Assembly (NCBI GenBank): GCA_002269645.1
Contig: NIVC01000918.1
Span: 1 to 29,120, forward strand
Origin: Macrostomum lignano
Taxonomy: Eukaryota
Reading direction: 5' to 3'
DNA length: 29,120 nt
The position numbers and the translations under genes were made by a program. The notes beneath the pieces are model-generated. The model was not told the DNA's origin, ran no database searches, and saw only the letters and a program-made list of their open reading frames with translations. Below, one piece after another: positions 11,903 through 22,814 of this stretch (positions are counted from its first letter, which is position 1; every line of letters begins with the position of its first letter).

Positions 11903-12226
11903 ATGTCACGCCCCCAGTTCACTCAGTCCGTACTGCTTGACGCCGACGAAAACATAGCCGACTTGCTTAGGAAATTCCCCGACCTGGGCAAAGATGGCGG
12001 CACAGTTAGCAAGGATGAACTGCGCGACGCTCTCGACGCTATGGGCGCCAAAGTGTCCGGTTTCCAGCTGCGAGACCTGCTGAACGATCTAATGCCAACC
12101 AAGACTTCGTTCGATAAGGATGCGCTGGTCACGCTGTATTGCCAGGTGAAAATGAAGCAGCCCGATCGAGATGTCAAAGATTCTATGAAGAAGCTGCATA
12201 ATCCCGAGGATAAACAGTCAATGAAG
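11903..12226 (+). CDS. Fim: Plastin/fimbrin exon 1 (EF-hand headpiece, degenerate)
   Basis: ATG at 11903, EF-hand-like segment GGTVSKDELRDAL, and phase-0 donor AAG|GTGAGC. Confidence 0.85.
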
Positions 12227-12714
12227 GTGAGCTTCAGCTACAAATATATTTTGTTAAAAATTAAAACCTTTTTCTTTCGTTTTTAATTTTTGCACTTTTT
12301 AGCACTAATATACAAAATGTACTCTCTCTTTTTTGCTAATGATCATAATTTAATAATTAAGCAGTTAAATTTCAAATAAATTTCAATTGATATTTAGATG
12401 ATTATATCTTAGATTGATTTTGTTAAGTCAAAAGAAAAGATTTGATCATTAAATAGAAAATATTTTCTATTTTATACTACTAAAAGTAGAGTAATTCATT
12501 AGAAAAGAAAGTATAGTTTTAATGATTTTTATCTGTTAATTTTATATATTACCTATACCTATTAGGCCATGGTAAAGCTAATTGTTTATAATATATAAAC
12601 CATCATTAATCTAAATGTTGACAAAATTAAGTTTAAATATTGATATGTTGCTTATCTTATACATTACCTCACTCTTATTTTATGATCTTGTTCCTAGTGT
12701 GTCATTTACCAGAA

Positions 12715-13447
12715 GGACCTGGAGTAGTGACCAAGGACCTGGGGTAGTGACCAAGGACCTGTGGTAGTGACCAAGGACCTGGGGTAGTGACCAAGGACCT
12801 GTGGTAGTGACCATGACCAAGGACATGAGGTAGCAGCCAGAGGACCTGGGGTAGTGACTAAGGACCTGGGGACCTGAGGTAGTGGCCAAACAACCTGGGG
12901 TAGTGTCCAAGGACCTGGGATATTGATAAACGACCTGGGGTAGTGACCTAGGACCTGGGATAGTGATAAAGGACCTTGGGTAGTGGGGTAGTTACAAGGA
13001 CCTGAGGTAGCAGCCAGAGGACTTGGGGTAGTGGCAAGGACCTGAGGTAGCAGCCAGAGGACCTGGGGTAGTGGCAAGGACCTAGGAAGTGACCAAGGAC
13101 CCGGGGTAGCAGCCAGAGGACCTGGGTAGTGACCAAGGACCTGGGGTAGCAGCCAGAGGACCTGGGTAGTGACCAAGGACCTGGGGTAGCAGCCAGAGGA
13201 CCTGGGTAGTGACCAAGGACCTGGGGTAGTGACCAAGGACCTGAGGTAGCAGCCAGAGGACCTGGGGTAGTGGCAAGGACCTAGGAAGTGACCAAGGACC
13301 CGGGGTAGCAGCCAGAGGACCTGGGTAGTGACCAAGGACCTGGGGTAGCAGCCAGAGGACCTGGGTAGTGACCAAGGACCTGGGGTAGCAGCCAGAGGAC
13401 CTGGGGTAGTGACCAAGGACCTGAGGTAGCAGCCAGAGGACCTGGGA
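12715..13447. repeat. 20-21-bp minisatellite GGACCTGGGGTAGTGACCAA / GGACCTGGGGTAGCAGCCAGA in plastin intron 1
   Basis: Two interleaved unit variants. Confidence 0.95.
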
Positions 13448-14228
13448 TAGCTAAAGCTTAGCACTGAATGCTGCATGTAAAATAGCGACTAGTTGCATCT
13501 TCCAAGTCGAAAGCTGAAGACTCAAAAAGTCCTTTTTTAATTTTTTTATTCGAATAATGCAAAAGAACGACGCCACTCATTCCAATTCAAAATTGGGTAT
13601 CTGAGAAACAAAAGCAAAGCGGTTAAAGCATGCTTTGAGAAGGGGCCAACAATAAATTGCGCACCTAAGAGCTGTTCTGATTCGGCTCGGAATTCGAACA
13701 ACAGAGAACGAGCTCTCTGCTTAACTCGCCGATGCACATACGTTGAGATCGTTCTCACTTTCGAGTCTTGAGTCACTCCTTTCCATATACTATCATACAT
13801 GAGTATGTCATAATCTCCGCTTACTAAGATTGATATTCGCAAATGCGATGAAGGGTAACTTAATTGTGCGCGTACTCTTTATAGCCTCGATATATACTCT
13901 CGTAATTGGCGTGAAATTTTTATTAATCTTACAGAGAAATCTCTTTCTCTCTATAGCTACAGCTATACTCGTACAGCGCATGGGTGGACTGCAGCCTGCA
14001 GGCACTGAATGCAATGCCAGCTTATACATAGTATAAATAATAAGAGCTAGAATTCAACAACTGAGGCTACACAGGGCTTGTTCCCCGTGTGTGTGTGTGT
14101 GTATATATATATACGAGGTAATATCTTATCGCTGCGCGAAGTTCATCGCTCATTAATAAGAGGCAGGCAAGGCATCAAGCAAGTCAAGCCAGCTAGTAAC
14201 TAAATAGTATTATACAAATCGGACTGAA

Positions 14229-14300
14229 ATGACCTCTGTGCAGGACTATTTGCAGGCTCATGGTCGAAGGCGATCGTCTTTTAATCATGGCGATTTGCAG
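14229..14300 (+). CDS. Candidate alternative first or cassette exon of plastin (MTSVQDYLQAHGRRRSSFNHGDLQ)
   Basis: AAATG start, exactly 24 open codons, and strong phase-0 donor CAG|GTAACC compatible with exon 2. TATA-like run at 14102-14113. In-frame acceptors at 14244 and 14256 would make it a cassette exon. Confidence 0.5.
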
Positions 14301-14514
14301 GTAACCATATGAAACTCTGAGCTCTACTAGGTATACTACGAGTATTATTAGACTTATTTTGGTATTCAATAGCTTTAATGCTGTTATTAAAATTATCTGC
14401 AATAACAAACAATATTCAGTTAGAATTTAATATGTTTGATCTCTATAGTTTCTTTTCTATGATGCGTTTTACACCTTTACCCTTCAATACTTTTCTGTAG
14501 TATTGGACTTAGAC

Positions 14515-14960
14515 ATTCGGAGACACGAACCTCAGGGCCTCAGGGATGTGCTATCAGGCCTTTGGAGACACGAACCTCAGGGGTGCTCTATCAGGCCTTC
14601 AGAGACACGAACCTCAGAGCCTCAGGGGTGCGCTATCAGCCCTTCAGAGACACGAACCTCAGAGCCTCAGGGATGCGCTATCAGCCCTCAGAGACACGAA
14701 CCTCAGAGCCTCAGGGATGCGCTATCAGCCCTTCAGAGACACGAACCTCAGGGCCTCAGGGATGCGCTATCAGCCCTTCAGAGACACGAACCTCGGAGCC
14801 TCAGGGATGCGCTATCAGCCCTTCAGAGACACGAACCTCAGGGCCTCAGGGATGCGCTATCAGTCATTTAGAGACTCTAACCCCAAGGCCTCAGGGATGC
14901 GCTATCAGTCATTTAGAGACTCTAACCCCAAGGCCTCAGGGATGCGCTATAAGCCCTTAA
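14515..14960. repeat. 45-bp minisatellite GAGACACGAACCTCAGAGCCTCAGGGATGCGCTATCAGCCCTTCA, ~10 copies
   Basis: Period of 45. The last two copies share a distinct variant. Confidence 0.95.
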
Positions 14961-15512
14961 GAGGCAAACCCTAGCATTGAATGCAGTTTGGATTGAAGCA
15001 ATCTGAAGAGAAAATTGTAACAGATAGGCTTGGCTATAGTTCCTACAGTGGGTTCACGTGTTTGTAATTGTGCGAGCGTTAGTGCTAAACAGACTTGGCT
15101 CATTCCTGTCCCTCAGTCTAAAGCTACACAGGAAATGCAGTCAAGTAAGCATTCGCTCGCATCGAATTATAAAGTTTTAATTTGCAACTTTCATTTTAAG
15201 ATTAATAACACAGTTACAATGCATGAATGTATGCCGGTATTTTATTTTGTTGCGCGTCCTCCGCTTGACCTGAAACACGTGCATGGTCAGTTAGTCACGT
15301 GCGGATTATAAGGCGTTTCGGCTTGGAGTTTTAACTAGAGCGGGATTTTATCAAGTTGAATAAAGCTAAATAAATAAATATTGCAATTGCATGCCACAGT
15401 AACAAACATTTTGAATGCTTGTCCCATACGAAGTTATGTTATGTTTTGCTGAGTTTTCAGTACATTTTTATATTGCTTTAGTCATGCAAACTTTGACTTT
15501 GTGGGAATCGGT

Positions 15513-16680
15513 ATCAGAATTGTGGAATTCAGCATTAGAATTGCGGAGTTCAGAATTAGAATTGTGGAATTCAGCATTAGAATTGCGGAGTTCAGAATTA
15601 GAATTGTGGAATTCAGCATTAGAATTGCGGAGTTCAGAATTAGAATTGTGGAATTCAGCATTAGAATTGCGGAGTTCAGAATTAGAATTGTGGAATTCAG
15701 CATTAGAATTGTGGAGTTCAGAATTAGAATTGTGGAATTCAGCATTAGAATTGCGGAGTTCAGAATTAGAATTGTGGAATTCAGCATTAGAATTGCGGAG
15801 TTCAGAATTAGAATTGTGAAATTCAGCATTAGAATTGCAGAGTTCAGAATTAGAATTATGGAATTCAGCATTAGAATTGCGGAGTTCAGAATTGGAATTG
15901 TGGAATTCAGAATTAGAATTGTAGAATTCAGCATTAGAATTGCGGAGTTCAGAATTAGAATTGTGGAATTCAGCATTAGAATTGCAGAGTTCAGAATTAG
16001 AATTATGGAATTCAGCATTAGAATTGCGGAGTTCAGAATTGGAATTGTGGAATTCAGAATTAGAATTGTAGAATTCAGCATTAGAATTGCGGAGTTCAGA
16101 ATTAGAATTGTAGAATTCAGCATTAGAATTGCGGAGTTCAGAATTAGAATTGTGGAATTCAGCATTAGAATTGCGGAGTTCAGAATTAGAATTGTGGAAT
16201 TCAGCATTAGAATTGTAGAATTCAGCATTAGAATTGCGGAGTTCAGAATTAGAATTGTGGAATTCAGCATTAGAATTGTAGAATTCAGCATTAGAATTGC
16301 GGAGTTCAGAATTAGAATTGTAGAATTCAGCATTAGAATTGCGGAGTTCAGAATTAGAATTGTGGAATTCAGCATTAGAATTGCGGAGTTCAGAATTAGA
16401 ATTGTGGAATTCAGCATTAGAATTGTAGAATTCAGCATTAGAATTGCGGAGTTCAGAATTAGAATTGTGGAATTCAGCATTAGAATTGTAGAATTCAGCA
16501 TTAGAATTGCGGAGTTCAGAATTAGAATTGTGGAATTCAGCATTAGAATTGCGGAGTTCAGAATTAGAATTGTGGAATTCAGCATTAGAATTGCGGAGTT
16601 CAGAATTAGAATTGTGGAATTCAGCATTAGAATTGCGGAGTTCAGCATTAGAATTGTGGAATTCAGCATTTCATTAGAAT
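15513..16680. repeat. 42-bp (2x21) GAATT-rich satellite, ~28 dimers, ending just before plastin exon 2
   Basis: Unit AGAATTAGAATTGTGGAATTCAGCATTAGAATTGCGGAGTTC. Confidence 0.98.
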
Positions 16681-16723
16681 TGCAAACACTAATAAAACTG
16701 AAACACTCTAATAATGCGCACAG

Positions 16724-18055
16724 AAAATCAGCGGCACCGGCAATGAGTGGACGCTGCACACCATCGGCGACTCGGAGCGACGCGGCTACGCCGGCTGGAT
16801 CAACAAGATGCTGGAGAAGGACCCGGACCTCTCCCACCTGCTGCCCGTGGATGGCAACACTGACGAGCTGTACGAGAAACTGGGCGACGGCCTGGTGCTG
16901 TGCAAGCTGATCAACAGCGCCGTGCCGGACACCATCCACGAGAAGGCCATGAACAAGCTGGCCCAGCTGAAGGGCGGCTCTGCCGGATTCCGGATGCACG
17001 AGAATCTGGTGCTTGCAGTGAACTCGGCCGAGTCAATCGGCTGCTGCATTGTCAATATTGGCGCCAACGACATCAAAGAGTGCCGGCCGCACATTATCCT
17101 GGGCCTAATCTGGCAGATCATTCGCATCGGCCTAATGAAGGACATCACCCTGTCGCAGCACAAGGAGCTGGCGGCCCTGCTGCTGCCAGGTGAGACTCTC
17201 GAGGATCTGAAACAGCTCAGTCCCGAGGAGCTGCTGCTACGCTGGGTGAACTACCAGCTAGCCAAGGCCGGCACGGACAAGCGGGTGCACAATTTCAAGG
17301 ATGACATCATGGACTCGGAGGCGTACGCGCATCTGTTGTCGCAGATCGCCCCGGCTGACAAGCGCTCCGAGATGCGCAGCCCGCAGGAGGTCCTGGCCAG
17401 CGCGGACCGGCTGAAACGGGCCGACGGTGTCCTGTCCAACGCCGACAAGCTGGACGCCGCGGTCTTTGTGGTGTCGGAGGACATCGCCTTCGCCAACGAG
17501 CCCGGACGAAATCGGGAGAAGCTGAACATGGCCTTCGTGGCCAACCTGTTCAATAACTACCCAGCCATGGAGGCCGTCCAGGACGTGGAAGTGGAAGTAA
17601 TCGAGGAGACGCTCGAAGAGAAGACTTTCCGCAACTGGATGAACAGTCTGGGCGTGTCGCCGTTTGTGAAGGACCTGTACTCTGACCTGCGCAACGGCCT
17701 CATCCTGCTGACGCTGATGGACCACATCAAGCCTGGCGTGGTGCCCTGGTCAAAGGTGTGCAAAACCTTCGTGCCTAATAAGAAGCTGTTCCAGTGGCAG
17801 GCCAACTGCAACTACGTTATCGAGTGCGGCCGCAAGATCGGCCTGCCCATGACCAACATCGGCGCCGAGGACATTCGCGACGGCGACAGGAAGCTCACCC
17901 TCGGCCTGGTGTTCCAGATGATGCGCGCCTACACCCTGTCACTGCTCATGCAGCTCACCGGCGGCACCAGGAAGATTGACGATGACGAGATTATCCAGTG
18001 GGCCAATCAGAAACTGGAGGCCGCCGGCAAGGCCGCCCGGGTGAAGAGCTTCAAG
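16724..18055 (+). CDS. Fim: Plastin/fimbrin exon 2 (CH1-CH3 and start of CH4)
   Basis: Phase-0 acceptor CACAG|16724. Motifs WINKMLEKDPD, DGLVLCKLIN, HIILGLIWQIIRIGL, SPEELLLRWVNY, LNMAFVANLFN and EEKTFRNWMNSLGV are diagnostic of plastins. Donor AAG|GTGAGA. Confidence 0.98.
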
Positions 18056-18077
18056 GTGAGACTGGCTGTGCCTGCCC

Positions 18078-18159
18078 GTGTCTGCTTGTCTGTCGTGTCT
18101 GTCTGTCTGTCTTAGTGTCTTAGTGTCTTAGTGTGTGTCTGTCTGTCTGTCTGTCTTAG

Positions 18160-18240
<81 letters not shown>

Positions 18241-18335
18241 TAATGTCTGTCTGTCTGTCTGCCTTCGTATGGCTGTGCTTGTCTGTATTCGCCTTTATCT
18301 GTCTGCTGCCCGCTTTTTTCTGTCTGTCTGTATCT
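18078..18335. repeat. (TCTG)n microsatellite immediately after the exon-2 donor
   Basis: Long pure TCTG core with degenerate flanks. Confidence 0.95.
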
Positions 18336-19012
18336 AAACCCCTAGGTCTGCAGTAGTGATAGCTTGCAAGGAAATGATATACGAACTATTTTTGTGCTTC
18401 CTTATTGATGCTTGAAAGTTTCGCCTAGCAGACGCAAGTTCGGCATCCTTGAGTTTGCTGCTTCTGTGCGAGTACAGCAGCCACCCCTCTCCTCTACTAC
18501 CGCCCCTCCCTCCAGCGGCGGCCCCTTGGAAACTTCTGCAGTCAGAATAGTTTTTTTTGTTAGTCTGCTTGTTGAGTGAAGGCTCCGTCTTGACCTGTGC
18601 CGCACTATTTTTAGCCATTGTTTACGGGGAATGTGAGTCTGAGAGGGGGGGGGGTGACAGTTAAAAAATGCAACAGCTAAAAACTCGCCAAGTTTCCATA
18701 TTTAGAAAATTGTTTGCTCTCTTCAAAAACATTTCACCCCTGCGCAATTTGATTGCCATGTTTGGAGATGCTAATTTTATTCTATCGCTTCTTTGAACAG
18801 CAGTTTTCTGCTTCTTAGCGGCATTGGTAATTAAAACCTACCATTTTAGGCTTAGAAAATTCTGTGGCAAAATCGAAACTTGAAAATTTCGTCATTTCCA
18901 TTTGCTGTCCCAATGATGTCTATTTTGTAGATTTTGCCTTATCACCCTACTATTAGTAGGCTAATGTTAATTTACTGGGACTATTTTTGGGCGTTTTATA
19001 AAAATTTAGAAG

Positions 19013-19300
19013 TGTTCATTATGAGCAACAGGATTAGAAGTGCTCATTATCAGCAACAGGATTAGGGGTGTTCATTATTAGCAACAGGATTAGGGGTGTT
19101 CATTATGAGTAACAGGATTAGGGGTGTTCATTATCAGCAACAGGATTAGGGGTGTTCATTATTAGCAACAGGATTAGAGGGTGTTCATTATCAGCAACAG
19201 GATTAGGAGTGTTCATTATGAGTAACAGGATTAGGGGTGTTCATTATCAGCAACAGGATTAGGAGAATTCATTATCAGCAACAGGATTAGGAGAATTCAG
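19013..19300. repeat. 28-bp minisatellite TTATCAGCAACAGGATTAGGGGTGTTCA, ~10 copies, plastin intron 2
   Basis: Period of 28 is visible. Confidence 0.93.
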
Positions 19301-19417
19301 TATTATTTAAGATTCATCCAGGACCATAGCTGATTGGGATCGAGTGCCCCTCAGATCCCCAGATTCTGAGACTACTAAACAAAGCACTGAACGCTGGACA
19401 ACTCCCACCCCCGCCAG

Positions 19418-19675
19418 GACCCGTCCCTGGCTGACGGCATGGTGATCCTTGAGCTGGCTGACGCCATCAAGCCAAAGACAGTGGACACCTCAATCGCAGC
19501 CGGCATGAAAGATCAGCTGGACAGGGCCCGGTTCATTCTCAGCAAGAGTCGCATGATTGGCGGCCGGATCTACGCTCTGCCAGAGCATGTGGTGCAGGTG
19601 AACAAGAACATGATCATGACCGTGTTCGCCTGTCTCATGATCCTCGACTTCCAGATCAACAAGCCCAGCGCTTGA
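19418..19675 (+). CDS. Fim: Plastin/fimbrin exon 3 (rest of CH4, stop)
   Basis: Phase-0 acceptor CCAG|GAC joins SFK|DPSL. Contains GGRIYALPE..V.VNKNMIMTVFACLM, the plastin C-terminal signature. Total 637 aa. Confidence 0.97.
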   Translation, partial: DPSLADGMVILELADAIKPKTVDTSIAAGMKDQLDRARFILSKSRMIGGRIYALPEHVVQVNKNMIMTVFACLMILDFQINKPSA

Positions 19676-19954
19676 TTGCTTAGCTTACCGCCTGCTACCT
19701 ATGCACAACACTAACTCCGCTTTAACCAGATTGTGTTCGTCTCTGTAAAAAACTAATACAAATGTGAAACGATATTTGCGTATCTATTTTTATTGTTTGT
19801 ACGGTGACATTATATTAATTAATGATTCAATTATCGAATTGTGATAAATCTCTATTGCCCTTGAGATTCGATAAAATTATAATTGTACTGATGCCAATAA
19901 TGCGAATTTTTTTATTTGAATAGTTCAAGCCCCAAATTGGAGCCATAGACTATT

Positions 19955-20021
19955 CTAATTAGCTGACGAGGAACTTTGGTAACTCATTCATAACTTAAAT
20001 GAGTTACTCCCGCCGTTTACC
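19955..20021 (-). other. Diverged 28S rRNA H69-H71 fragment (not a functional rRNA gene), within 11-bp inverted repeats spanning 19935-20057
   Basis: The minus strand reads GGTAAACGGCGGGAGTAACT (20/20 to the universal 28S sequence), then a replaced middle, then CCTCGTCAGCTAATTAG (16/17). Confidence 0.8.
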
Positions 20022-20726
20022 TCCAGTATATATAATTATAGACAATTGGCTCCAATTGGGAATTCGGCTAAATAATTTTATTCCATTTGTTTTTTGTAGC
20101 CATTGTGTTCCTTTGTTTAATTGTACTCGACATTGCCAAATGTTAATTGCTAATTATTGAAACCATTAATATTTATTAGCGTACAATAGAAAATTAATTC
20201 GCCCTGAATCAGAGGTACAGTAACAGTAGTTTATACCTATTAATTCATATTTACTCGGCAACGCGACGGCTTCTGTCTAAATTCAGTTAATTAATTCGTT
20301 TTGATCCGATTGTGCGCTCGCCTCAATTAATCACCTTCGTAACCTGTCACAGACATCTCGGCACATCGTGTTCTCTTATCCTGTGCCCATTTTTATTACT
20401 CTAGTTCCGCGATGTCATTCCCTGCTTGGCAACTGTTGCTCGCTTCCGAATTTCTTCCTGGCTTCCAGTTCGATTAATGAATTAGCAACCGTGTGCTCTT
20501 AGTTGTAGTTCAAACACATTTGGCCTTTGCATACAACTTTATTATTCTACTATATTCTATGCTTTTTACAAAACAATACAAGGCACTATCTATAACCAGT
20601 TTTGCTGTTAATTATAAGTATCTTCTAGAAGACAACAGGGATTTGCTGGGTTCCTAGGATCATCACGCCAATGACACTTAGAGGCTGAAAGCGTATTGAC
20701 TTCTAGGAATATTAATGGGACCATGA

Positions 20727-21360
20727 AGGCGATTCCTGAGGGGGCAGTGAATGGCGATTCCGGAGGGGGCAGTGAAGGGCGATTCCGGAGGGGGGCAGTG
20801 AATGGCGATTCCGGAGGGGGGCAGTGAAGGGCGATTCCGGAGGGGGCAGTGAAGGGCGATTCCTGAGGGGGGGCAGTGAAGGGCGATTCCTGAGGGGGGC
20901 AGAGAAGGGCGATTCCTGTGGGGGCAGTGAAGGGCGATTCCTGAGGGGGGCAGTGAAGGGCGATTCCTGTGAGGGCAGTGAAGGGCGATTCCTGAGGGGG
21001 GCAGTGAAGGGCGATTCCTGAGGGGGGCAGTGAAGGGCGATTCCTGTGGGGCAGTGAAGGGCGATTCCTGTGGGGGCAGTGAAGGGCGATTCCTGAGGGG
21101 GGCAGTGAAGGGCGATTCCTGTGGGGGCAGTGAAGGGCGATTCCTGAGGGGGCAGTGAAGGGCGATTCCAGAGGGGCAGTGAAGGGCGATTTCTGAGGGG
21201 GACAGTGAAGGGCGATTCCTGAGGGGGCAGTGAAGGGCGATTTCTGAGGGGGCAGTGAAGGGCGGTTCCTGAGGGGGCAGTGAAGGGCGATTCCTGAAGG
21301 GGGCAGTGAAGGGCGATTTTTTGGGGAGAGGGGTTTGGTGAGGGGCGATTCCCAGAGACA
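20727..21360. repeat. ~26-28-bp G-rich minisatellite GGGGGCAGTGAAGGGCGATTCCTGAG
   Basis: Tandem units with variable G-run length. Confidence 0.96.
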
Positions 21361-22430
21361 CTGAAGGGTGATTCCTGTGAACAGTTAATGTCGATTTTGG
21401 GGACAATAGATGAAGATGAAACTCTTTAAAAACACTGTAGGGGGGTTAAGGATAGCTTTGATGCAACGACTTTGATCAAGCCATTTTGGTAGACCATTGT
21501 TTAAGCTCGATTCTTCAGTGAAGCGAAGTTCCAAGCGATAGCAAGAACAACAAACTTCGAATTCGTCGAAATCGTCGGTTGTTTAGCAATGAAAAGAATT
21601 GCGCGCTAATCTCCGATTGAATAGGCGTTTGAAGTTATTGTTTATTTATTTCATTATATATTGAATCGAATTTAAGTCGAGTAAAAATCAAACAGTTAGC
21701 CGGAATATGTGTGCATGCGCAGGCCTGCATTGGGAGGTTATAATGTGCCAAAATACACTATATTCAATTATTTGAAAACCCCTTGCAGTCAGGTAGCGAT
21801 TGTTGTAAGGGCAGTTGAGGAGGCTGCATCAAGATTGAATATAATTGTAAACCCCAACAGATTGCTATGCCTATAAGGGGGGCATTCGCAACAGCCTACT
21901 TGTAAGTAGTGCGGCAAACATTAAAAAAGCATTAGTATATACGAAGCAAGCGGGATAATTTAACAAAGACAAAAATAACACAAGCCGGCATTGCACTTCA
22001 GGGCAATCACTTCCTTACTTTGAATTTGATTCCTCAATAAAAATTTTAACCAAGCCAGCACAAGTACACCACACAACGATGCATTGCCGATGGAGAATAG
22101 CCCTAGAGAGAAGCGCACATACAGCTAATAATAGTAATGATTATAATAGAACATTTAACTTTCACAATTCATCATTAAATCTAAATTCTCAACCTGTCTG
22201 TGTGTCACCCCAGCTGCTAATTATTACTTTTTAAGGACGCTTGGCAGTAAACATTACGGCTTCTTTCTAAGAAAATCTACCATACCATAGCGCCCTTCTA
22301 CAACAGTTGTCCGCGATTTGTACCATAGACAAACTCATCCAACTGACGAACTTTATCTTCTAAGTCCTCCAGGCCCAAGAGTCAATCAGTTAATCAACGT
22401 TAAGCTCCGTTAATTTTTACCCTGAAAAAA

Positions 22431-22721
22431 TTATCGAGCTCGCGACTTCAGCGTGTTGCTAAGCCAGTCGAGGCCCTCGTAGAGACCCTCACCGTTAGTG
22501 GCGCAGGTGGACTGGATGTACCAGGTGCGATTGCGCAGCGAGTGCAGGCCCAACTTATCCGTGAGCTCGGCAGCTGTCATGGCATTGGGCAGGTCCTGCT
22601 TGTTGGCGAACAGCAGCAGTACAGCGTCGCGCAGCTCGTCCTCGTTCAGCATCCGCATCAGCTCTTCGCGGGCCTCGCCGACTCGCTCGCGATCGTTGCT
22701 GTCTACCACGAAGATCAGGCC
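22431..22721 (-). CDS. ARF1: ADP-ribosylation factor (class I, ARF1-like) coding exon 2
   Basis: Phase-0 acceptor TCAAG|GGC. Encodes [21 protein letters not shown] (G4) and TCAT (G5); TAA at 22431-22433. Confidence 0.97.
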   Translation of the reverse strand, partial: GLIFVVDSNDRERVGEAREELMRMLNEDELRDAVLLLFANKQDLPNAMTAAELTDKLGLHSLRNRTWYIQSTCATNGEGLYEGLDWLSNTLKSRAR

Positions 22722-22814
22722 CTTGATGACAGCGGCGGGGACAAGTCACTCTTAGATTTTAATCAGCTATTCCTCCTGAGCTCAAATGTTTTACTAAATT
22801 GTGTCAGCACAAAT

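Noticed and set aside
12680-14974. ORFs over the 20-bp and 45-bp arrays, and the 98-aa minus ORF at 13546-13842
   Set aside because: Repeat-derived or with no recognisable motif. They lie in plastin intron 1.
15415-16999. Long ORFs of 134-505 aa (IRIVEFS, LELWNSA and MLNSTIL repeats)
   Set aside because: Artefacts of a 21-bp-unit satellite that is stop-free in some frames. The frame continuous with plastin exon 2 contains TAG repeatedly.
19013-19300. TTAGGG in several 28-bp units as interstitial telomere
   Set aside because: Single hexamers inside a longer unit, not tandem telomeric repeats.
22323-22350. CCATAGAC-N12-CTGACGA, echoing 19943-19969
   Set aside because: Fifteen gapped matches are not clearly beyond chance in 29 kb, and the diagnostic 28S block is absent.
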